A stretch of 61,713 nucleotides of DNA, filler included, from Sluysia triapertura (taxonomy: Eukaryota): the NCBI GenBank assembly GCA_046118255.1. It is 5 parts of 5 records of this genome, joined end to end, with 100 filler letters (N's around TTAATTAATTAA, not from the genome) between each part and the next. Parts side by side here need not be neighbours in the genome. Positions count along the whole stretch, not along the records: positions 50,697 to 61,713 come from JBJNIA010190108.1; 4 more parts are not named here. One strand, written 5' to 3'. The translations under genes were made by a program, and so were the position numbers. The number at the start of each line of letters is the position of its first letter. The stretch's first letter is position 1. Shown here in pieces: positions 52,290-61,713 of this stretch. The notes beneath the pieces are model-generated. The model saw only the letters and a program-made list of their open reading frames with translations, was not told the DNA's origin and did not search any database.

Positions 52290-53530
52290 TGTCACTTTGT
52301 CACTTTTTCATTGTTCCCCTTTCCACTTATTCTAATAAGCTGTCAATAACTTTTGAAGTTTATCCAATTCTTTTTGCTTCGTTCTGTATTTTTTTCATTT
52401 CTTTAGCTTTCTTCGCTACGGAGAATCATCATACTCAAACAAGTAATAATATTATCCAAAAAGGATTTATCTTGCTTGAATTTCAAATAATTTAAACATT
52501 TATTAAGAATATAAAAATATAATTGTCAATGTTTCTGATGCTTCTTCACGTATTCTATTTATATGTTCAGTAATAATAGATTTTGTACCATTATAGAGCT
52601 GTTAACCATTTTTTGAAGTCATTGTATATGTATTTCGCTATAACTGTTTAAAGATTAAATCTGAGTTCTCTTAACTGATCAAACATTGAATTCAATTCAA
52701 AATATGATTAACAGTGCAAAGTTTCGACTAATTTTTGATATCCGAATAACCATTTAATTCTAACATTCTGTCTTATACCTTTTCATGTATCGTAATTGAA
52801 TTTAATCTTGCAACAGTTTTCTTTTTTAAATATCCATAGCTCGCTTTTCTTCGTATGGCGTAAATTGTAGATCTTCTTGACGTTCAAGTGTCTTATGAGT
52901 CGTAAAATTACGTAACCTACGATCATGGTCGACAATATGTAGTAGTTCCTTCATATGTAAATTATGTTGTGTTAGATGTTTATCACACTTTTCTGATATG
53001 TTTAACCTTTTGTGAAGTTTGGTAGATATCCTACAATGCGTAGAAAACAATTTTTCTTTGAATTTTTACTAATTAACAATATATTAGAAGTGTTAATTCC
53101 CTCAGATGATTTTCCATTATGATTGAGAATTATTATAGCCGTTTGATTTTTGAGTTATTCATAAGCAAAAGGAATATTTGACAAAAAGTATAAATTAATT
53201 CGTGTTGTATTAACATATATATGCAACTATAGTTTAGTTCACTTGAGTTTTCAGGAAATTTTTCTAGTTGATTCGTTTTGATGTTATCTTCTTCGTCTCT
53301 CGAAATCTTCATTAAATGATTATTGTTTAATATTTTTGCTTAATTCTTGTAATATCTTTTGATTTCTTCTTTTTAGTCTACGAAGGAATAATCGTTTATA
53401 TGAGCTCTCTCATCTTTTGGCCTCATGTTTTACTTATCCTAATCCATGACTCAAATTCGTTCTTTTGAAATCTAATTGGTACATCTTCATATTAGTGACG
53501 TTTAAGTGTTGTTGATAAATATTTCTGTCA
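52290..53530 (-). pseudogene. Outer dynein arm docking complex ODAD1/CCDC114/CCDC63-family processed pseudogene
   Basis: EKCDKHLTQHNLHMKELLHIVDHDRRLRNF resembles the family motif Q.N.EMKEL.RIIDHDRKLKEF. A downstream RNFAL and flanking coiled-coil-like decayed frames are present. Boundaries are approximate. Confidence 0.65.
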
Positions 53531-53931
53531 CATATTTGCATTGTATCTTTAAATTTTGACTAAAACTATTGTTATCCCTAGTAGATCGTCTATGTACGAA
53601 AAGTGATATCGTTTGATCTAATTTATTGATAAAAGAAGAATTTTGTATTCAGTAATTGTTATGAAATTCAACATCATTATAAACATTATTACATTACAAT
53701 TTAATAAATTGAGTTTACAGAAAAATAGCGTAAAAGAAATTTCGTATTCCGGTTATGTAAAAATAATATTAAAAGGTTTTAAGATACTGAATGCGAGAAA
53801 AGTTGCAGACTGTTTAAGATTTGAATGATTTAAATTTGGAGCTACTAAGAGGTATTGAGTTGAACTGTTGAGGTACATACCTTTTCGAATAATGATAGTT
53901 AATTTACTATAATAAAATAAAATTGTTAGGT

Positions 53932-54010
53932 GGGACTGATAGATTAGTGGTTACAGAATCGAAGCGCACAACTGTGAAATAAGGAGTAAATTCGAATCCC
54001 GGTCAGTCCA
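53932..54010 (+). mobile_element. Degenerate tRNA-derived SINE or pseudo-tRNA related to 1335-1406
   Basis: GGGACTGATAGATTAGTGGT ... TTCGAATCCCGGTCAGTCCATTT has the same 5' and 3' ends, followed by (TTA)n. Confidence 0.7.
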
Positions 54011-54967
54011 TTTATTATTATTATTATTACATTATTTTATTATTACTACCTATGCAAATTTAGATATGTTGCTAGGGTTCGCCTACGATCTAAGATTTAA
54101 GCCTGACGTGACGTATTCATAGGTTTTATAAAATTCGATCGATACGATAAAGTCTATAAAGACTTTATTCTCTTATTTGTTGAAATAAAGTCAAGTAGAA
54201 TAATTATTCAAAAATTAACCTCAATCCTTTCTTGTTTAATCGATACCTTTAAATCGATTTTAACTAATGTCACTTTAAAAGTTATAACTTTATAAATCGC
54301 TTTTTAATAAACTGAAGATTTATAAGGCAGTTAATTTAATTTTAAGTATCCTGATCAATTAATTTTACTGTTATTAGGCATGACCTTAGTTTTTGACTAT
54401 TTATCTACTAATACTTATCTACAATTTCTCTTGATACAAAAATAAACGAATTTCCATACTATTCAATCGAATTTGAATTATCCTCGAAATGCAGTCTTAA
54501 ATTCTTGACTCTATTTTTAAAGTATACTTTTTTACTCTTTCAATTTATCAATAAAAACTCTTTATTGATAAATCTTCTATTTTATATTTTCTTTTAATCA
54601 AAATCTAACTTCTTTTATCTAATTTTGGTTGTATTGTTACATGATTTTTACTAGTTAAAAGTTTTAATTTAAATTAATTCTTTTGTTAATTCTTTCGTTT
54701 TATTTATTTTTGATAAAATTAAACATTTAGGAGTTATAAATTCTACGACGTTTCTACTTAAATTCGATTTTTTATTATAATGAACAACGAAGCAAAAAAT
54801 CTTAACATAAATTTTATTAGGATAAAAAAAATTTAAGATTTAAATTTTGTTCTTCTATTATGTTTTCCCGAGTATGTTTTGTTTTATGTCTTCTGAAGAT
54901 ACTAAAGAAAATAAAAGAATATAATTCATCAGCAATAATAATAATGAAATTAATAACATCAAAAATT

Positions 54968-55410
54968 CTAATTACTTTTAAGTAATGTTCGTATAAGAAG
55001 TAATCTGGAACTACTACAGAGAATAACATTGACGAAGTGTTTATAGTAGGATAAACTTCTGACCAGACCTGTATCCGTGATTGCCGGAACTTGTCGTCGA
55101 GGATTAAGCCAAGTTATAGAATCGATTAACAGATTACACTTGATCAACTGTTCTTGACTTGACAACAACTCTTTGGTATTGAATAACATCTGCGTTTGAT
55201 TTGTTGGTTCCGAATTATTATTTCTTTTTGATCGTTTCCGAAGATCATTTTGCCATTTCCCAAAAAATTCTATCAACGCGTACGTAACAAGAGTGTTTTC
55301 TTTTTTACTAAAAACTTCATTTCAACGTCAAGTTAATTCTTTATTTAACTTCTCTGGACATAATATTAGGTAAGGATTAAGAATATCAACTGGATCTGTT
55401 GACATTTTTA
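54968..55410 (-). pseudogene. Coding-like fragment of unknown identity
   Basis: A 102-aa GC-richer frame. No family was recognised. Confidence 0.25.
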
Positions 55411-56836
55411 TGAATATACTGAATGATTTTTTTTGATTATGCTTTATTAACTTTAATGTATTAAAGTTAAAACTTTAGGCTGTATTTCACTTTAGATTTA
55501 AAATTTTGATAAGTATTTTACTCCTCAATATATCGGGGAAACCTTACACTTTACTAAATAAAAAATTAGTTTAAGTGGATTTTAGGATATTAATTCCCTT
55601 ATGTGAATCTAATATTTACTTATCAAAAACAAATTACTTGAAGCATGGAAAATTGTCTGTAAAAATCCAGGAAGTGATTTACAAAATGGCGATTTTCATT
55701 GTATTAATGCTAGTTTATATACTCGTTATCATCCAATGAAAATCAATGATTCTAGAACATTCTAGAAGATTCTATTCTATTTTAGAAGCTAATTTTATTT
55801 TTTTTCTATTTTAAAGATTAATAAATGGTTTTAAAAAGTTTTCTATTGTTTTAATTACTTTTTTGATAATTTTAAATAGTTTTATATAATTTTAAAATGT
55901 CGTTATGACACTTTAAAATTATTTTGTAGGATTGTTATGGCAACCTAAATCATTTTTACAAATATCATCGAAAAAAGATATTCACTAAAATAAAATATAT
56001 ACGTTCGTGAAAACTTAAATTATTTAAATTATTTAAATGGAATGAATGAATTATATTTTATATTATATACAATTTTATAAATTTTTTTCAATCACTCAAA
56101 TCTAAAAGATTCTAAACTAAACCGAACTTTGAAATATATCCGTAAACTGAATTTATAATTTCTTTAAATTTTAAATTGATATCAGTGTTATTGAAATGTT
56201 CTAAAATGCTATCGTATAAGTGTTTCTTTTAAAAAACTTAATCTCACTTACAAAATATCTAAGGAGTCGGTTCGTCTAATATATACGATTTATACCACTA
56301 TTGGAGATGTACTATTAGGATTTTTATAACTTAACTTAATTAACTTTAGAAAAACTTTTTACTTGTGACTCACGGCTTATATGACAATGATTAATTGCTT
56401 GTAACTCTTCAATTAATTTATAATACAACCCTTTACGAAGTGTTGTTTAATTAAAATTATACATTTTATAATCACGCAACCCGTATTATGATGTTGCTTT
56501 TCAGAATAAATGAAAACTACACAACCCATATTAAGGTGTTGCTTAACAAAAATGATTTTATAAGTTTATTACACTATCGATTGAGAAGAATCTAATACTC
56601 TTAAAGTATTTTATCGTCAAAGAAAAAGCTAATTAAAATTCTTACAATGATTAAAATTATAATATCGACAATAAGTTAATTAACTAACTCAACTTCGGTT
56701 GGCAGTTTTAATCAATATCATTGAACAGAAAATACATGTGTTAAAAATTAAGCTCCACCACAATTTGCAGTACACAGATAAAAAGAGTGTCATCAAAATT
56801 TTACTATACTTGATTAAAAGGTGTCATTAAAAATTT

Positions 56837-57826
56837 ATGCTGACAATTGATAATAATCGTATAAGATTCTGTGATGATCATTGCCTTCCAACAATAAATG
56901 TAGAAAACATATTCAGTTTTCCATTTTATATGTCATTCGAATATGCTGGTGGAAAGTTAGTATTCAACTTTAATGAAAAAGATAATTTAAAAATCAATAT
57001 GTTGCTCATTCTGTTACAGATATGAAAATACAATATAAGAGATTTAAAGATGGATGTAAACTAATGAAATGTTTTAAAGTCTATGATGATTATCTTTCAA
57101 ATGTGAAATTCATTAAGCCAAAGTTAACCACAAATGAAAATTTAATTTTAGTTAGTATGTTTCATGAATTGCTTGAAGTATCATCGAAAATTATCAATTT
57201 TTTAAATTGTAGAAATAATAATATTTATGTTAGAATTGTGCAAGTACAAAACATTAGTACAAAAAGTTTGATAGAACAATTTTATCTCAGTCGAGAATTT
57301 AATTTAAAGCATGCTTTTTCTTCGAACTCTAAATTGGCAAAGAAAAATAAAAGTATTCCTAGATTAATTATAAGAGTTGATGATCAAATTACAGAAATTT
57401 CTATTAATTTATAGTTAATTGTTAACAAATTAGTTACTGCTGATATAGTAGATGTAGATTCTTATGTTATGACAAATCAAGTAACGTCATTAAAGACAGA
57501 CGTTTCAAATGAAAGATTAAAAACTGGCTATTCTAAATTATCTATAATGAGAAAAATTGCAAGGCGGGTCTTTGTTTGTACGAAGCAAATATGGCAAGAA
57601 TTGTATGTACTATCATCTAATTTGTGAATCTGAAAATATTCCTGAGTATTCAGCTTGCTTCGTTGACCACTGTCATAGGATAAAATCTATTTTATCGACT
57701 TTGGGAATTCAACTTTATGTACCAGATCCAGTCTTTTATCCTGGCGATTTTATAAATGATAGCTCAAGACAATTCTGTGATGAAGAACAAAATGGTCATA
57801 ATTATACATTTTTATTCGAATTTTAG
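56837..57826 (+). pseudogene. Disrupted intronless orphan ORF (~300 aa)
   Basis: ORFs 56837-57025, 57022-57414 (reads on past one TAG) and 57557-57826 are contiguous. Confidence 0.45.
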
Positions 57827-58189
57827 TAACTTAAATTATTTTTATTTGCTATATATTTTAAGAATCATCCAAGAATATGTAAAACGGCATAACCAGGAAA
57901 CAACAAGACAAACTTTAAATATAACTTTAGTTTCCCTAGAAATGTTAATAATAAATAGATTTCGTATTTATTTTTGCTCTTTATTAAATTTTAATAGGAT
58001 TAATTTAAACTTTGTTTTAAAGTTTTTTAATACTTACAATTTTAATGATATTATTCATTTTTTATTAACTAGTTTTTGTAAATGTAAATTGTTTTTGTGA
58101 ATGACGAAATTCAGTTTTCATTTTAACTTAATAAACATAAAATACAAAACATATTACCAAAGTGCAGATCCATACTTTTAATTTCTCAT

Positions 58190-58495
58190 CCACCTGACGG
58201 GTCCAATGGACCCGATTGTAAATTCCACTGATTATTTTCTAGTAATTCGTTATGTGCAAATTATTTTGACTACCTGCCTTTAAAGTAGATCAATGTGTTT
58301 ATTTACATGCTTGGTTTAGCACTAAATGTATAAAGGTTTGATAGATACCTATTCTTACTATATTAAAATTATATATAAAATTAAGTCATATTATAAAATA
58401 ATAAAAAGTAATACAAACTCATAGTATTGTAAAAACTAAAAGCGGTCGTGGTACGTTTAATGTTAAACGTTGTTATTTTATGAGTCCAATGTTAG
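58190..58495 (+). repeat. Dispersed DNA-transposon-like repeat with a CGGGTCCA-A-TGGACCCG palindrome
   Basis: Palindrome at 58198-58214, with homology to 28485-28590. Confidence 0.6.
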
Positions 58496-60561
58496 ACGAA
58501 TGTTGCATTAATTTTGTGATAATTTTCATTTTATTTCGTCAACATCTTATTTGCATTATCAGTAAAGCAAAACATTTGATTAAATTTGACTTATTGGTGT
58601 GCACATTATTGATAAATAATGATTCCAAATATTAATGATTAAATGACTTCAGTACAGTTTTGTTCAAGCAAATCTACAATAGAAGTAATCGTCATCGAAT
58701 ATAAGTTATAATGAAAAATACGTAACACTCAAAATTAGGGAAAATAAGTTTCCTTAGATGAAATATTAAAATTGATTAAGAGTTATTTCGTAAATGATTT
58801 GGTTTTACTAGACAAGACCTTGAAACAGGTCACAATGAAGTGGTAATAGTTTCAAAAAGTTTGTAAAATAATAATAATAATTTATTAAATTAAAACTTAG
58901 AAAACAACATTTACCCAACATAAATATTGAAAAGTAAATTATAATTGAAAACACAACAAATATTATTATAACAATTGTTTTTAAATATTTATTATGTTAA
59001 TAAAGAATAAGTTGTTAACTATTGTATTTAAAAACTTTGATAAATCGCGTATTATTGTTTTGTGTTTTCTTTTAACCGCTACCTATTATTTTGAAATCTT
59101 AATATAATTTATCAAAATTTAATATCCTTATTTAAATAAAATAACACAATGTCTTGAATAATATTTATAACAGCATTTCATAAATTTATTTTTCATTATT
59201 TATACATTTAATACCATTTCAAATAACAAAGTATTGAAAAAATGTACTTATTTCTTAATTAAAATTAATTTTAATTAATTTTAAAATAATAAATTTAATA
59301 ATTAAATAATTTAATTTTTACTATTTTAAATTTTATGTATTTTAATTTAAATTAATAATAACTCAGTAACAAAATTAATTTAGCTTGAAATCGTGATAGA
59401 TTCAATAATCACAAGTAATTACAATGAGTTTTTCTTTATTAATACAAATCAATTCGAACTCAGATATATTCAATATAATGTAAATATATTAATTAAACAA
59501 TTATGACGAAAAACTCTGATCAATCTTAAAATAACCAAAATAACTATTGACTGTCATTAATTCAAATAAAAATTAAACAGATAATATAATAAACCAAGGT
59601 TGACGCAATAAAAATAAATTCAGACATGAATAAAAATAAATTCAGACATGAATAATAAGAATAATGAGTGTAAGTTTTTTTATTTAATCAAAACTTAAAA
59701 CATGTTTAATTTAGTTTCATTAGTATCAAATTTTATACATAATTTCAATTTATATATTAATATTAGTCACAAGTAATTGCAGTTAAACAACAGTAATTTA
59801 AACCTGTTATTTCATAGTATAGTTATAAAATAATACATGCCTTATAAGTAACCGAAAATTTTAATTTCTTATTTAACATTAACCAATAACAAAAATTCTG
59901 CACAACTTGTGAAAACCATTTTTATTTAGGAAATAATTTTTATTATCCAATGCTACTAAGTAAACAATGAAAGTGCAATTAATGTGTTACGAAAATTAAT
60001 CATCAGTGTGAATTAATCAAAGTCCCATTCCAATCAAATTTGAAAATGTTGAAGCAACACTGAAACATAATGGTTGCTAATTGTCTAAAATAATTTCAAA
60101 TGCAAACAATATCTTTAAAGCGATTACACAATAAGTCATCTTAACTTAAATTAATACGGTGTTTGCAAGCAAAATTTTGTCATTCCGATTCACCTGTCCT
60201 TGAATTTGATTCTTTATTCAGAAGCTACTATATGACAAAAATAAGGTAATGTAAAATTCATACAAATAGTTTTTCTTTGCCTGTTGAATATTTTTTAACA
60301 CGTTAGTCGCCACAATAATTTCAACAAAAATTTCAACTGTGCCATGATAATTTCATTACATAATTTGGATACTATGTCTCGAAAAAAATTTAACTTTGTA
60401 CAATAAAAATATCTTTTCATCAAATTTTCCGGAAAAAGCTATTTTTTGTGACAAAGGTATATAAATGTACATATGTGACTCATCCAAACAGGTTGCAATA
60501 AGAATTGACCACTATTTTGTTGAATGCATTGTATATGAATCAGTAGTGCATGTGACATTTA

Positions 60562-60872
60562 TTAGATTGTGCATAATTTCTTCGTCATATTGTAGGCACT
60601 GCTGGATACTCGAAATGTTAGAGTATTAACAAGAAAACATGCCCCAAAAATGGTGGATATAAATACAACTTCCGCTAGCACTATTAGACAAAGAAATAAT
60701 AAGAAAACTGTTGGGATTGCCCAACTCTGGATCTGGAGATGAATGAAAACATATAAAATTATAAAATGAAGGAAAAACCGATACAAAGTGATGGATTGAA
60801 CATGGTAAACATTATTGGAATAAGAATCATAAAAGTAAAAACAGCTAAAGGATACCTTGGAGTTCCAATGAC
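60562..60872 (-). pseudogene. Multi-pass membrane protein fragment, unidentified
   Basis: Hydrophobic frames VIGTPRYPLAVFTFMILIPIMF and SWAIPTVFLLFLCLIVLAEVVFISTIFG. They could not be joined cleanly by splicing. Confidence 0.3.
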
Positions 60873-61713
60873 CTATGTAAGGGTTTGAGATGGACTTGAA
60901 AAACCTTTAGAAGCTCATGTAGAACTTCTTAGTATCAGACACATATGACTGGTGTAGCAATTAACTACAAAAATAAGTCCTAAATGTTCTTAACAAATAG
61001 TATTGCTATTTTTACATTGGACCTTTTATATAATTTCAAATATTTCTTTAAATTCCAAATTTAAAACTTAATTTTTATTAATAGACATTTCGAAATACAT
61101 TTGTTTAATATAATTTACACAAAAAATCTTTCTATTAAATTTAATACGTCATTTATCTTAAATTATAATTTTAAAAATATCTTTATATTTATTAATTTAA
61201 ATTATGACAGAAACATTTCTTCATTATTTGAATATTCATATTAAAGTAAAGTAATAAAAATTTAACAAATAATAAAAATTTTCATATAAATAAAATAAAT
61301 TACATTTGTACTAGTGTACAATGATTATTAAAAAATATGTTCAGTTAAAGATATTTGATAATAATTTATTAATTAATATTTTATAACTTAATTGTCAATA
61401 AAAATTTCTTTCGTAAGAAATTTTTAGATATTTTTAATATGTTTTAAAATATTATTAAAACATGCATTTTAGAAAATTGTTAAATTATAAATTTCTTTCT
61501 CTAAATTATATATTTTTAAAGAAATTTTTCGAAAATAGGAAATATTCAGAAAACTAAATTTGATCTTGATCTTTCTCAAATGGCTCAGAAACATGACTAA
61601 AACGTCATTATTTAAAAAGACAAATTATTAATAATATTAACCCTTTCAGCCCCGAATTTTTTTTCCTTAAGATATATGGTGATTTATTGTCTTTATAGAT
61701 GATGATTTAGGAA

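Noticed and set aside
59880-60450. hAT transposase remnant (FSNLIGMG, LHFHC)
   Set aside because: Too fragmentary to support by eye.
61638-61670. piggyBac-like end TTAA|CCCTTT (also at 43747)
   Set aside because: No partner TIR was identified within the window.

Overview
Very AT-rich eukaryotic draft scaffold, probably a parasitic flatworm (blood-fluke-like). This is inferred from the TFIIS and V-ATPase d sequences, 30-48 nt introns and (TAA)n tracts. The window is five contigs joined by artificial 100-nt spacers (44N-TTAATTAATTAA-44N), plus two plain N gaps. Host genes: a complete 5-exon TFIIS gene, the terminal exon of V-ATPase V0 subunit d, a RhoGAP exon and a partly degenerate multi-exon gene of unknown product. 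Intronless decayed copies of cystathionine gamma-lyase, ODAD1/CCDC114 and ZMPSTE24 (the last preceded by a ubiquitin fragment) are present. So are Tc1, pogo-like, Helitron and SINE-like remnants. The most unusual structure lies at about 5.5-28 kb: up to seven co-oriented, diverged copies of a non-coding module of up to ~1.1 kb. Five copies share the minus-strand 5' terminus TGT(G/A)GTGG(C/T)CA. Six copies lie upstream of a different intronless cargo ORF, including a host retro-chimera, a Cys-rich orphan and glycoprotein-like ORFs. A possible AID/APOBEC-like deaminase ORF is embedded in the array. A GC-richer, virus-like block of compact membrane and glycoprotein ORFs lies at 46.8-50.6 kb. All protein family calls were made by eye; no database searches were run.
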